NCBI GenBank assembly: GCA_965246725.1
Contig: CBDFFG010000006.1
Coordinates: forward strand, 232,800-296,799
Source of the DNA: Asticcacaulis sp.
GTDB lineage: Bacteria > Pseudomonadota > Alphaproteobacteria > Caulobacterales > Caulobacteraceae
Length of the DNA stretch: 64,000 nucleotides
Direction: 5' to 3'
The notes beneath the pieces are model-generated. The model searched no databases. It had not been told where the DNA came from and saw nothing but the letters and a program-made list of their open reading frames with translations. The position numbers and the translations under genes were made by a program. Below, in pieces: positions 8,836 through 19,178 of the stretch. Within the stretch, counting starts at the first letter, position 1. Each line of letters begins with the position of its first letter.

Positions 8836-10407
8836 CTATTGTGTGATGCGCAATTTGCCGATCTTGGCGAAGATGTCGGCCATGGTGGCGGTCAGTTGCG
8901 AGGATGAGTTGAGGTCGTAATAGTAGCTGGTCTTGCTGGCGCAGGTCTTGAGCAGGTCGCTGTCGCCGTCTTCGACGCGGACGACGAACAGGGTGATGTC
9001 GCTGGCCTTGGCGGCAGCGCAGGCCAGGGCGGTGCGGGCATTGATGCTGCTGGTGGTCGTGGTCCAGCGGTTGGCGGTGTTGTCGCCGTCGGTGACGATG
9101 ATCATGTACTTGGCCATGTCGGGATCGCCGAAGGCGACGCCCTGGCTGAAGGGGGCGGGCGGCGACAGCATCTCCATGCCGAACTGGACGCCGGCGGTGA
9201 TGTTGGTATTGCCGTTGGTGGTCAGGGCGTTGACGAAGGTCTTGGCGGACGAAATGCTGGTCGTCATGTCCTGCGAGGCCTTGAGCGTGGAATAGTCGCA
9301 GGCGGCGGCAATGTAATAGCTGTCCGGGATGTCGGCATCGAAGGCGTCGACCGAGACGTCGTAGGCCTGGTTGCGATCGACCAGGCAGCCGGCCCAGGTG
9401 GAGGCGATGCTGACCAGGTAGCTGGAGGAAAAGCTGGAATAGCCACTGGGGGCGTAACTGGTCCATGCCTGCAGGCTGGTGGCCGTGGTCGTCGTCAGAT
9501 TCGCCGCCGTGGTGATCATCTTGTGGGTCGAGGCGTCGATATAGGTGGTCGTGGTGTAGGTATAGAGGGTGTATTTGCTGCCGGTCTTCTCGTAGGCCAT
9601 GGTGGCGGCCGAGGCGTAGGTCGTGCCGGCGCTGGTATAGTTGCGATAATAGGTGCGCGAGGCGGCCGTCGTCAGGCAGGTGGCGGGTGCGGTCGCTGTG
9701 GCGCAGGCGGCCTGGTAGGATTTCCACGCCGTCAGGCAGGCATAGTAGCCGACCGTAGTGCGCAGGTAGCACTGGCTGTAGTCGACAAAGGGATAGGTGC
9801 TGCTGGTCGCCATGCGCACCTGCGTGTTGAATGGCACGATGCCGACCTTGACATTGGCGCTGTTGGCGCCGCTGGCGTCGAGCAGGGAACTGAGGACCGC
9901 GGTGACGCTCGATTTGAGGTAGGTCATCTTGTTGTCGGAGGCCATCGAACCGGTGGTATCGAGGACCAGGGCCAGTTCGAAGGGATTGACCTGGGATTGG
10001 GCGGTGGAACTGACGGAGATGGTCTGGGCGCCAAGGCCGGCCATTTGCAGGAAGTACGGCGTCACCGTGCCTGCGGCGTCGTAACGCATGGTCGAGGTCG
10101 TGCCGCTCACCGTCCTGGTCAGGGTATGGGTGACACCCGAAATGTCGTTGCTGGAAAAGTTGTCGCTGAAGGCCTTGTCGGCAGCGGCCGTGCTGAGGGT
10201 GTCACCAAGGCTGGCGGTCAGCGCCCCTTGCAGCACGGCGACGTCGGTGGCGTCCTGCAGGGCCATGCGGGCGGCGAGGTAACGCGAGAAATCGAGACCG
10301 CCGCCGATGAGGACGATCATGGCCAGGGCGCAGAGGGCGAAGATCATCGCGGTATTGCCGGAGGCATCGCGACGAAAACGGGTGAGCAGAATTTTAAGGG
10401 TACGCAT
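8836..10407 (-). CDS. TadG-like pilus assembly protein with vWA domain
   Basis: Pilin-like N-terminus FRRDASG-NTAMIFAL...GGLDF...LQDATD; vWA motifs LVLDTTGSM, IVPFN, GNTN and VTDGDN. Confidence 0.85.
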   Translation of the reverse strand: MRTLKILLTRFRRDASGNTAMIFALCALAMIVLIGGGLDFSRYLAARMALQDATDVAVLQGALTASLGDTLSTAAADKAFSDNFSSNDISGVTHTLTRTVSGTTSTMRYDAAGTVTPYFLQMAGLGAQTISVSSTAQSQVNPFELALVLDTTGSMASDNKMTYLKSSVTAVLSSLLDASGANSANVKVGIVPFNTQVRMATSSTYPFVDYSQCYLRTTVGYYACLTAWKSYQAACATATAPATCLTTAASRTYYRNYTSAGTTYASAATMAYEKTGSKYTLYTYTTTTYIDASTHKMITTAANLTTTTATSLQAWTSYAPSGYSSFSSSYLVSIASTWAGCLVDRNQAYDVSVDAFDADIPDSYYIAAACDYSTLKASQDMTTSISSAKTFVNALTTNGNTNITAGVQFGMEMLSPPAPFSQGVAFGDPDMAKYMIIVTDGDNTANRWTTTTSSINARTALACAAAKASDITLFVVRVEDGDSDLLKTCASKTSYYYDLNSSSQLTATMADIFAKIGKLRITQ

Positions 10408-10670
10408 GGGCGAACTCGCAGTAACGGGTTCGCGGAGTTAGAGATTTTTCAGGTTAATAAAATGAATTTTATTATGGTAAATGTTGTAAAACATTGCGGA
10501 CACAATGTTTCAAGATTGAATTTAATGTCGTTATTAAATTCAAAAAATGATTTTCTCTTTTATTTCTAAATCAAGGAATTCTGTTTAAATCTATTTTGTT
10601 TGGTTATTTTGCCTAATGGCTAAATGCAAAATGACGAAAGAATATATAGATTCAGCAACGCGTGCAGAAA

Positions 10671-11878
10671 TTACACCGGCACTGTCGTTTCGTGATCGCC
10701 GGGTTCGGGCGTCGGCCGAAAGAGCAGGGCCATCAGGAAGGCGCAGATGCCGATGCCACAAGCCCCGGCGTAGAGCCAGCCATAGCTGCCGAAGGTGTCG
10801 TGGATAAATCCGCCCGCCAGGGGACCGGTGGCCATGCCGAGGCTGCCGGCCATGGCGGTCGAGCCGATGATCGTTCCCATCATGCGCAGGGGAAAGGTCT
10901 CGCGTGCCAGCACGGCGTAAAGAGGCATGACGCCGGCATAGATGAAGCCGAACAAGGCGGCCACGGCATAGAAGCCGATAAGTTCATGGACAAAGACATA
11001 GGCGAGGGCCAGCAGGCCGCCGACCAGCACGCGTCGGGCACCCAGCCTGTCGCCCAGGATGCCGAAGGCGATGCGGCCGCCCCCATGCCGGCCAGGCCTT
11101 CGACGCTGTAGATGGTTACGGCGGCCATCATCGGGATGCCGCAACTCAGGGCGTAACTGACCGTATGGAAGATCGGGCCGGAATGGGTGGCGCAGCACAG
11201 GAAGTTGGTCAGGACAAGCACGATATATTGCGGCGAGCGCAGGAGCTGTTTCAGCGGGATCGGGGCTTCGGGCGGCGCGGTGGCGGAAGAGAGGGCAGGA
11301 GAGAGGGGGGTGTCGAGCGCCGGCGGGCGGCGGACGAGGAAGGCGGTCGGGATCATGAGGCAGGCGGCTATGGCGGCGATGACCTGCATCGATGTGCGCC
11401 AGTCGTGGGTCGAGATCAGCCAGGCGGCGAGCGGTGACAGGGTTATCGGCGCCATGCCCATGCCGGCGGAGACGAGGGAGACGGCGAGGCTGCGTTGCGT
11501 ATCGAACCAGCCGGTGACGCAGGCCATCATCGGCGCGAAGATGGCGGAGGCGGATGCGCCCATGCCGAGGCCGAAGAGTAACTGGAAGAGGATGAGGGAG
11601 TGGGTGAGGCTGGCCAGGAGCAGGCTCAAGGGGAGGACGACCGCGCCGATCAGGACCGTGGTGCGGGTGCCGATCCGGTCGGACAGGGAGCCCCAGAACA
11701 GGCTGCCGGCGGCCATGGCCAGGAAACCGATGGTCATGGCTGCCGAGATACCGGTGACCGACCAGCCGGTGGCGTGCGACATGGGCAGCAGGAAAACGGG
11801 CAGGGAGAACATGGCGCCGAAGGCGACGCAGCCCAGGAGGCCGCCAGCGGCGACGATGATCCAGCGATAGTTGGCCAT
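10671..11878 (-). pseudogene. MFS transporter (oxalate/formate antiporter-like), frameshifted
   Basis: One frame reads to GLAGMG and a second continues GRIAFGILGDRLG; the break is at a 5-nt G run (C on the + strand, 11080-11084). Confidence 0.8.
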
Positions 11879-11939
11879 GGTGTTTTCCTGTTTTTCGGCG
11901 TTATAACATCGTTTTTTCCCGGATGTGGCGGGAGATGGA

Positions 11940-12014
11940 AAGAGACCCCTCCGTCTTTTGACCGCTTGACGCGGTCAAAATCCACCGCCCCATCTTACGA
12001 TGGGGCGGAGGGAG
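11940..12014 (+). repeat. Intergenic palindromic repeat family B (Caulobacterales CIR/REP-like)
   Basis: AGAGACCCCTCCGTC-TTTTGACCGC..GCGGTCAAAA-TCCACC-CCCCATC..GATGGGG-GGAG; first ~50 nt nearly identical to 23694. Confidence 0.85.
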
Positions 12015-12056
12015 CTAAAGGGACCTTATCCGTGCATGTGTTAAGCCGGAAGACTG

Positions 12057-13205
12057 TCAGGAAGCGCGTTCGACCTTGACGGCGAGCAAGGTGGAGAGAT
12101 TGCGATCCAGCATGATATCGGCCAGTTGTGACGGAGTCTTGCCGCCGACACTGTAGAGGACGATATCGACATTGGGGAAGATAACAGTGCCTGTGCCGCG
12201 GGTGGGTCGTATCAGGACGAGGTAGGCGCTGCCGTCGACGGTCACCGGTTGGGTGAAGTCTGATTGTGAAACCCTGCCATGGGCGATGAGGGCGTCGTAG
12301 GCGGATTTCAGCCTGAAGAGCGTGCGATTGTCGCCGGCGGCAAAGGCCTGAAAGCGCTTGAGGTTGCCGGCATAGGAGGGCAGGTCTGCCTTCCTATAGG
12401 CTTGCATCCAGGCCTGGAAGTTTTGCGAGAGATAGGTGTCGAGGGCGCCGGGTTTGCGGGCGTGCCCCGAATCATCCTCCGGGCTTGTCATGTCGCTGAG
12501 ACTATAGGTGACGTCGTAATAGTAGTTGAGCGGACAGGCGTCGGCGAGGCGATCACCCTGCCACAGATAGACGTCGAGATGCCTGTCGACCTGGGATGGC
12601 CCCGACCAGGGATAGGGCTGCTCATTGATAAAGGCGAAGTGGCCATCGATCAGATAGGGCTGCGCATTGACGGCGTCGTCGCCCTTGGCCATGCAATCGC
12701 TGATATTGTTGGCAGGGGCGTAGCGGAACTGGCCCTGGGCGTCGCGGTAGAAGAGGGCGATTTCGCGCTGGCAGTCGTACCAATGCTCATCGTGGGCGGA
12801 AACGGCGAAGATGTCGGTGCCGGCCCAGCGATGGACGCGTACGGCGATCTCCCCGGCGTCGGTTTCCTGCATGACCGGGCCCATGGCCTTGTAGAAGGCC
12901 TCGGGCGTCGGGCTGAGATAGGCGGCGGCGCGGCCATCTGGGCCGGTTTCCTTGAGAAGGCGGGCGCGGTCGTTGGGAAAGTGCGGTGCAAAGCCTGCCG
13001 TTTGTGGATCCGGCTTCTCGTCGTCGGAGGAGGCGCGCCATGGGCCGTCCTCGGCCGGGGTGCGTGGCGGCAGTTCCTTGAGCGCGGTCCACTTGCCTGC
13101 GTGCGTCATGGCCTGACGGGCCAGGTCGTCGCAGGGGCCTGCAGTGGCGGTCAGCGGCGCCAGCCAGATGGCGGCCACCGTCAGCAGGCGCAGGCATGTC
13201 TTCAT
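12057..13205 (-). CDS. Hypothetical secreted protein
   Basis: 382 aa, signal peptide (ATA-G), host-like codon usage, no family recognised. Confidence 0.75.
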   Translation of the reverse strand: MKTCLRLLTVAAIWLAPLTATAGPCDDLARQAMTHAGKWTALKELPPRTPAEDGPWRASSDDEKPDPQTAGFAPHFPNDRARLLKETGPDGRAAAYLSPTPEAFYKAMGPVMQETDAGEIAVRVHRWAGTDIFAVSAHDEHWYDCQREIALFYRDAQGQFRYAPANNISDCMAKGDDAVNAQPYLIDGHFAFINEQPYPWSGPSQVDRHLDVYLWQGDRLADACPLNYYYDVTYSLSDMTSPEDDSGHARKPGALDTYLSQNFQAWMQAYRKADLPSYAGNLKRFQAFAAGDNRTLFRLKSAYDALIAHGRVSQSDFTQPVTVDGSAYLVLIRPTRGTGTVIFPNVDIVLYSVGGKTPSQLADIMLDRNLSTLLAVKVERAS

Positions 13206-13385
13206 GAGCGTATCCCCCTATCGGCCCCGGGACGAAACATAACACAGGTTGAGCGGGTGCCTACACCGGCGTGTGGTCGAATTGCCGCGAAAGGGTCGGG
13301 AGCGGTTCCAGATATCGTGCGGGAAAATTGACAGCCCGGTCGAATTACCGCGATGTATGGGCAAATCCGAAAACAACGAGAAAAC

Positions 13386-14504
13386 ATGTCACAGAGAGAT
13401 AACGCCGCCGGGGCCGATCATACGGTTACCGGCAAGCCGCACTATGAAGTCCTGGACGGCCTGCGCGGCAGCGCCGCCGTCATGGTCGTCCTGTTCCACA
13501 TCATGGGGATGACCGTCGGCTGGGCCGATACCGGTCAATTGCTGCACCACGCCGCCATGGCGGTCGATTTCTTCTTCGGCCTGTCGGGCTTTGTCATCGC
13601 CTATGCCTATGACGATCGCTGGAAGACGATGTCGACCTGGCAGTTTTTCCGTATCCGCCTGGTGCGGCTGCATCCGTTGGTCCTGTTGGGGGCGGTGCTG
13701 GGGCTGCTGAGCTTTTTGTTCGACCCGTTCGCCGACAACCAGAAGGCCATACCGATTTCGGTCGTGCTGATGGACTTTGCCCTGGCCTGTCTGCTGTTGC
13801 CGCACAAGGCGCTGCCGAACCGCTGGACCGACACGCACAGCCTGAACAGCCCGGCCTGGTCGCTGATGCAGGAATATATCGGCAATATCGTCTATGCCGT
13901 GGTGCTGCGGCGGCTGAATACCTGGTTGTTGGCGATCGTCGTGCTGATCGCGGCTGGATTCCTGATCCATATGGGCTGGGGCGCCAATAGCATGGACCAG
14001 GGATCGGCCTGGGACAGCTTCTGGGGCGGGCCGACGCGTATGGCGTTTTCCTTTACCATGGGACTGCTGCTGTACCGGGTGCGCGACCGGGTACCGAAAT
14101 TGCGTCTGGGCTGGCTGGTCCTGACCGTGGTGCTGGCGGCGGCCTTTGCCGTGCCGCTGGTGCCGAAGACCATTGCCCACGGTAACGGCATGTTCGAGGC
14201 GGTTATGGTGATCGTGTTGTTCCCGCTGATCATTGTCAGTGGCGCCCATTCGGAGATAGGCAAGGTCGAGATGGCGCTGTGCAAGTTCGCCGGGCGGATC
14301 TCGTATCCGCTTTATATCCTGCACTTCCCCTTCCTGTTCGTCTTCATGAACTTCGTCAATTTCCGCAAACCGCCGCTGGCGGTGGCGCAAGAGGCAGGGG
14401 TGATCGCCTTTGTCGTCGTGGTGAATGTCTCGTGGCTGGCGCTGAAGATATATGACGAGCCGGTGCGCAAATGGCTGAAGCCATTGACGAAGCAGAAGGG
14501 GTAA
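13386..14504 (+). CDS. Acyltransferase 3 (OafA-like) membrane protein
   Basis: LDGLRG, VDFFFGLSGFVI, RLVRLHP, WSL, GRISYPLYILHFP and DEP motifs. Confidence 0.93.
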   Translation: MSQRDNAAGADHTVTGKPHYEVLDGLRGSAAVMVVLFHIMGMTVGWADTGQLLHHAAMAVDFFFGLSGFVIAYAYDDRWKTMSTWQFFRIRLVRLHPLVLLGAVLGLLSFLFDPFADNQKAIPISVVLMDFALACLLLPHKALPNRWTDTHSLNSPAWSLMQEYIGNIVYAVVLRRLNTWLLAIVVLIAAGFLIHMGWGANSMDQGSAWDSFWGGPTRMAFSFTMGLLLYRVRDRVPKLRLGWLVLTVVLAAAFAVPLVPKTIAHGNGMFEAVMVIVLFPLIIVSGAHSEIGKVEMALCKFAGRISYPLYILHFPFLFVFMNFVNFRKPPLAVAQEAGVIAFVVVVNVSWLALKIYDEPVRKWLKPLTKQKG

Positions 14505-14510
14505 GGGGGC

Positions 14511-14924
14511 GTGGCGGTTATGACAGGTGAGGTGCCGTTACGTATCGTAGTAGATGGCCCGCTGGGTGCGGGATATCTGCTGCTGCAGAGTGGCGGGCCG
14601 CACGATGTAGACCTGATCGCGCCGGTGCGGGGGTCGTCGGAGGCAGTGGTCTTCGAATTTTCGCTGTCGGTGCAGGGCGAGATACCTGATGGCCGCCCGC
14701 GGATGCTGGGGCCGGTCGTGCAGGGACCGCCGGCGGGACGTTTTGTCTATCTCAATTCGGCAGGCCGGCGCGCCAAGGTTCCGCTGATGGACATATCGTG
14801 GGAGATGATTAAGCAATTGACGCCGGGGCAGCGGCTGGAGGCGCATATTGCCGGCAGGGCGCGCGATGGTGGCTGGGCCTGCGCCAGCGTGAAACTGCAG
14901 CCGCCGGGTTGGGTGGTGGCGTAA
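14511..14924 (+). CDS. DUF5990-like hypothetical protein
   Basis: GPVVQGPPAGRFVYL...RRAKVPL...ARDGGWACASVK pattern. Confidence 0.7.
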   Translation: MAVMTGEVPLRIVVDGPLGAGYLLLQSGGPHDVDLIAPVRGSSEAVVFEFSLSVQGEIPDGRPRMLGPVVQGPPAGRFVYLNSAGRRAKVPLMDISWEMIKQLTPGQRLEAHIAGRARDGGWACASVKLQPPGWVVA

Positions 14925-15201
14925 ACTCGCGACTTATGCCAAGGCATAAGCATCTTTCAGCTCAATCGCCGCATGGCTCGCCACATTCGTGGCGGCGTGC
15001 GGTCGCACGCTCCCAACGGCTAAAGCCGCTGGTAATAGCTGCAAACCCTGTGGATAGTGGCGTCGTCATCATAACAGCGCCACAATGTCGATGGTATCAG
15101 GAGGTCAGCGATATCCGCAGCGGGGGCGGCGGTATTGTGGCGTAGCGTGACAGTACCGCTTTCCACACTCCATCTTATTGTTGCCCGACAGGATTATCCC
15201 G

Positions 15202-15771
15202 ATGAATTTTGCTGCTCCCCGATTTCTTATGTGCGCCACTGTGATTTCCGGCCTGGCCCTGGTCGCCTTGCCGGCGGCCGCCCAGACTGTGCCGGCGAAG
15301 GCCGGCCTGTGGGCTTCGGCCAGCCAGGTACAACTGAATGGCAAGGCCATGCCGACCATTTTCGATATCAAGGGCGTGCCGGACGCCAAGAAGGCGCAGT
15401 TGCGCCAGGCGATGTCGGCGGCCGGACTGCCGGCCGGCTGGAGCCCGTCGATCAATTGCCAGCAGGAGACCCAGGTCGATCTGCAGAAGGTCTTCGCCGA
15501 TCTGGCCGCGCAGGGGTGTAATGCGGCGATCAATTCGCAGACCGGCGACCATATCTCCGCGAATCTGCAGTGCAAGAACGAGAACGGTACGGCGGCGGGA
15601 ACGACCGAAGTGTCGGGGATCGGTAGTTCGACCGTGACCTATGTCGCCAATCTCAACGGGACCATGTACGGCAAGCCGCTGGTCTACAAGTCGATGACGA
15701 TCAGCAAGTTTATCGGATCGGATTGTTCGGCTTTGCCGGCGGGCGTGACACCGGACATGTTGAATAATTGA
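15202..15771 (+). CDS. DUF3617-like secreted protein
   Basis: Signal peptide, KAGLW motif, spaced cysteines and terminal KFIGSDC. Confidence 0.75.
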   Translation: MNFAAPRFLMCATVISGLALVALPAAAQTVPAKAGLWASASQVQLNGKAMPTIFDIKGVPDAKKAQLRQAMSAAGLPAGWSPSINCQQETQVDLQKVFADLAAQGCNAAINSQTGDHISANLQCKNENGTAAGTTEVSGIGSSTVTYVANLNGTMYGKPLVYKSMTISKFIGSDCSALPAGVTPDMLNN

Positions 15772-15819
15772 GGGTGAAGACGCGGCTGGCGGGAGGTGGC
15801 CGCGTTTTGCGTTTGTAGA

Positions 15820-15939
15820 AGTAAGAAACCCCACCACCACATCTCGCGCGGCGAATGCATGAGAGCTTAAACGGCACTGTCAGGAGCGGCGCGCTTCGTG
15901 CGGTCCCCCTCCCCATCGCAAGCGATAGCGAGGAGTAAG
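15820..15939 (+). repeat. Intergenic repeat family A, copy 2 (lacks the GCGAAGG hairpin)
   Basis: AAGAAACCCCACC.CCACATCTCGCGCGGCG...GGAGCGGCGCGCTTCGTGCGGTCCC...AGGAGTAAG shared with 54731. Confidence 0.85.
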
Positions 15940-15942
15940 GTT

Positions 15943-16419
15943 TTAGAATGTGTCGGCGGCGGTTTCGGCCTCGTCCTTGCTGGGTGGCCAGGCGCACAGG
16001 ACGTAGAGGGTGACGGGGATGATGGTGACGTTGAGCAGCACCCACCAGCCGGTGCGGCGGATGTCGTGGAGACGGCGAATCTGAGCCGTCAGCAGCGGCA
16101 GGAAGAAGCCGTAATTGCCATAGCGGAAGATGTGCGTGTTCAGGGCGGTGTCGAGGCCGCTCAGGATGAATGACAGGATCAGGCACGCCAGGAAGAACCA
16201 CCAGAATTCGGAGCGGCTGGCGCGGCCGGCGGCGCTGGCGAACTGGTTCATGCAGGCCTGAAGCGACTGGATGGGATTGCAGGGCCTGGCCGGATTGCCG
16301 AAGCGGTTGCGGCCTTTCGGCTTGATCAGCAGGACCAGGACCATGCCGATCAGGTTGCCGATAACCATCCAGGCCAGCAGGAAAAGAGCGGCCACGCCCA
16401 TGGCTTCATCATCATTCAT
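15943..16419 (-). CDS. DUF805 family membrane protein
   Basis: GRASRSEFWWF and IRRLHDIRRTGWW motifs; start taken at MNDDEA. Confidence 0.88.
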   Translation of the reverse strand: MNDDEAMGVAALFLLAWMVIGNLIGMVLVLLIKPKGRNRFGNPARPCNPIQSLQACMNQFASAAGRASRSEFWWFFLACLILSFILSGLDTALNTHIFRYGNYGFFLPLLTAQIRRLHDIRRTGWWVLLNVTIIPVTLYVLCAWPPSKDEAETAADTF

Positions 16420-16598
16420 TGTCTTCCCCTTAATGCTCTTTCGTTGACATGAGGCGAAGCGGTTTTCAAGCGCCAGCCAGCGGGAATATCGCGGGTTTGT
16501 CGAAAAATGCTCCAATGTGGCGCTGACGGCAAATCCTAATTGTTTTCCAATGCCTGGCCGCGACATGTCTCTCAGAGCGTTTCTGATGAGGTACTGTC

Positions 16599-18020
16599 AT
16601 GCCGGATATACAATCGCCTGAACCGAGGCGGGTCACCACCGTCAATCCTGCCTCCGGTGCGCCGGGCGAGAGCTATCCCGGGCACAGTATTGCCGCGGCG
16701 CTGGAGATCGCGGCCGCTGTGGCGAAGACGCAAGGCGCCTGGCGGTTTACCGCCGTGGCGGAACGGGCGGCGGCCATGCGGCGCGTGGCCGAGATCATCG
16801 GTAACAATGCCGAGCGGTATAACAGCCTGATGCGCGCCGAGATGGGCAAGTGCGTCAGCGAGGGCCGGGCGGAGCTGGCCAAGTGCCAGATGCTGTGCCG
16901 CTATTTTGCCGACCACACCGAGGCGCTGCTGGCGCCGCGGGTGCAGGATATGGCTCCGTTTCAGGACGGGCCGGGTGTCGTGCCGAAGGCCTATGTCACC
17001 TATGATCCGCTGGGTGTCGTGTTGGCGGTCATGCCTTGGAACTTCCCGTTCTGGCAGGCGATGCGCGCAGTCGTCCCGCACATCATGGCCGGCAATGGCG
17101 TGGTGCTGAAACACGCTTCCAATGTGCCGGGTTGCGCCCTGGCCTTCGAGGAAATCTTCCGGCTGTCGGGATTCCCGGTGGATCTGGTGCGCACGGTCCT
17201 GATCGGGTCGTCGGATGTGAAAACCCTGATCGAGTCGCCGGATATCGCCGCGGTCACCCTGACGGGCAGTGTCGGCGCCGGGCGGGCCGTGGCGGCCGTG
17301 GCGGGTGGCGTGCTGAAGAAGTGCGTGCTGGAGCTGGGCGGATCGGATGCCTACCTGGTGCTCGAGGACGCCGATATCGATCATGCCACAAAGGTCTGTG
17401 CCCAGTCGCGCATGGTCAATGCCGGCCAGGCCTGCGACGGCGCTAAGCGGTTTATCGTTGTCGAAAGCGTTCGTGAGGTCTTCGAGGCGGCCCTGGTGCG
17501 CGAGATGTCGGCCTGGGTCATGGGCGATCCGGCCGATCCGACGACGAAGCTGGGTCCGTTGGAAAGCGTTGCGTCTCGGGACGCGATCGCCGCGCAGGTC
17601 GATGAGAGTGTGGCGAGGGGCGCGAGGGTCCTGCTGGGGGGCGTTGTGCCCGATCGGCCGGGCGCGTGGTATCCAGCGACGATCCTGACCGATGTCATCA
17701 AGGGCCAGCCGTCACACGATGACGAGGTCTTCGGACCCGTGGCGGCGGTGATTTCGGCTAAGGACGCCGATGACGCGGTGCGGATTGCCAACGACTCGCG
17801 CTTCGGTTTGGGTGGGGCGGTGTTTACCCGCGACCTGGTGCGCGGCGAGGAGATTGCGGCGCGGCGGCTGGATTGCGGCTCGGCCGTCGTCAATCGCAAT
17901 GTCCGCTCCAGTCCGGCCCTGCCGTTCGGCGGCGTCAAGGACAGTGGCTACGGTCGCGAGTTGTCCGACTACGGCATCCACGAATTCTGCAATATCAAGA
18001 CTGTGCTGGTGCAGCCGTGA
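16599..18020 (+). CDS. NAD(P)-dependent succinate-semialdehyde dehydrogenase-like aldehyde dehydrogenase
   Basis: MPWNFP, LKHASN, TGS, ELGGSD, NAGQAC, EVFGP and PFGGVKDSGYGRE motifs. Confidence 0.93.
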   Translation: MPDIQSPEPRRVTTVNPASGAPGESYPGHSIAAALEIAAAVAKTQGAWRFTAVAERAAAMRRVAEIIGNNAERYNSLMRAEMGKCVSEGRAELAKCQMLCRYFADHTEALLAPRVQDMAPFQDGPGVVPKAYVTYDPLGVVLAVMPWNFPFWQAMRAVVPHIMAGNGVVLKHASNVPGCALAFEEIFRLSGFPVDLVRTVLIGSSDVKTLIESPDIAAVTLTGSVGAGRAVAAVAGGVLKKCVLELGGSDAYLVLEDADIDHATKVCAQSRMVNAGQACDGAKRFIVVESVREVFEAALVREMSAWVMGDPADPTTKLGPLESVASRDAIAAQVDESVARGARVLLGGVVPDRPGAWYPATILTDVIKGQPSHDDEVFGPVAAVISAKDADDAVRIANDSRFGLGGAVFTRDLVRGEEIAARRLDCGSAVVNRNVRSSPALPFGGVKDSGYGRELSDYGIHEFCNIKTVLVQP

Positions 18021-18772
18021 AGAAACTGGTTGTCTTCGATCTCGACGGGACCCTGGCCGTCAGCAAGCAGGCGCTGGATGATGGCATGGCCGGGCTGCTG
18101 GGGCGGTTGCTGGAGGTTTGTCCGGTCTGCATTATTTCGGGCGGAGACTGGCCGCAGTTCGAAAAGCAGATCGTCGATCGCATGCCGAAGGGCGCAAAGC
18201 TGGAGGACCTGATCCTGATGCCGACGACGGGCGCCAAGCTGTTTCGTTTCGAAGGTGCCTGGCACCAGATCTATGCCGACGCTTTTAGCCCGGCGCAGGG
18301 GCAGCGCATTATTGCGGCGATAAAGCAGGCAGTGATGGAGGCCGGGTTGTCGGAACAAAAGCTGTGGGGCGAGCAGATCGAGGATCGCGGCACCCAGGTG
18401 ACGTTCTCGGGGCTGGGACAGTCGGCGCCGCCGGACGAAAAGGCGAAGTGGGATCCGGACCGGGCCAAGCGGACGAAGCTCAAGGACTTGCTCGACAAGG
18501 CGCTGGGGGATGTGTCGGTGAAGATCGGCGGGGCGACCTCGGTCGATATCACCAAGCCCGGCGTCGACAAGGCCTACGGGGTGCATAAGCTGTCGGACTA
18601 TATGAAGGTCGGGCTGGACGAGATGCTGTTTGTCGGGGATGCGCTTTATCCCGGCGGTAATGATGCACCGGCGCGCGATGCCGGCGTGCCGACGATCGGG
18701 GTGCGCGATATCGAGGATACGCGGGTGCTGATCGAGACGATCGTCACGTTTGTCGGACGTGCCGTTGGGTAA
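18017..18772 (+). CDS. HAD-IIB family hydrolase (phosphomannomutase-like)
   Basis: GTG overlaps the upstream TGA; FDLDGTL, ISGG, IEDRG, GGATSVD, DKAYG and GDALYPGGND motifs. Confidence 0.9.
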   Translation: MKKLVVFDLDGTLAVSKQALDDGMAGLLGRLLEVCPVCIISGGDWPQFEKQIVDRMPKGAKLEDLILMPTTGAKLFRFEGAWHQIYADAFSPAQGQRIIAAIKQAVMEAGLSEQKLWGEQIEDRGTQVTFSGLGQSAPPDEKAKWDPDRAKRTKLKDLLDKALGDVSVKIGGATSVDITKPGVDKAYGVHKLSDYMKVGLDEMLFVGDALYPGGNDAPARDAGVPTIGVRDIEDTRVLIETIVTFVGRAVG

Positions 18773-18856
18773 AGCTCGCGTGATAGGGGAGTTTCCATAT
18801 TGGTTCCTGATGCGCGGCGGCGTGAAAAAGGGGTAAAACCTATAAGGAAACGTCCC

Positions 18857-19138
18857 ATGCAATATCAGGCCTATACGAATTTCACGCAGCTTCTGCGCAA
18901 TGCGACTTTCGCCTTGCAGGCGGGGCGTTTCGGCGCCGGCGATACACTGAGTTTTTCCTCCGGCGGTAGTGCGACGGTGGTGGCGGCCAACGGGCTGGTG
19001 CTGTTGCTGCAGGTCGGTGACAGGCTGTTGCGTTGCCGGGCTTGGCAACTGGGCGACAAGCTGGCGCCGGCCCTGCGCGGTACGAGTTCGATGTGGACCG
19101 TGGCGGGGGTCGAGAGCGCGCGGGCGGTTGGGGTTTGA
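18857..19138 (+). CDS. Small hypothetical protein
   Basis: 93 aa from MQYQAY with AAGGA upstream; GC3-rich codons. Confidence 0.6.
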   Translation: MQYQAYTNFTQLLRNATFALQAGRFGAGDTLSFSSGGSATVVAANGLVLLLQVGDRLLRCRAWQLGDKLAPALRGTSSMWTVAGVESARAVGV

Positions 19139-19178
19139 CTTGTAAGAGTCGGGTGTACGCTAAGTATGAACCCCCCAA

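Noticed and set aside
10522-10537. CtrA box upstream of the TadG-like gene
   Set aside because: TTAA half-sites are 8 nt apart rather than 7, in very AT-rich DNA; likewise 9 nt apart near 36093.
16433-16515. Degenerate Bru-RS/RIME-like repeat
   Set aside because: Only fragments (GAAGCGGTTTTC, AAAAATGCTC) and no second copy in the window to support it.
17873-18016. N-terminal extensions on the HAD, LysR, DUF2948 and UPF0262 ORF calls
   Set aside because: They overlap neighbouring genes; family motifs begin at the downstream starts used here.
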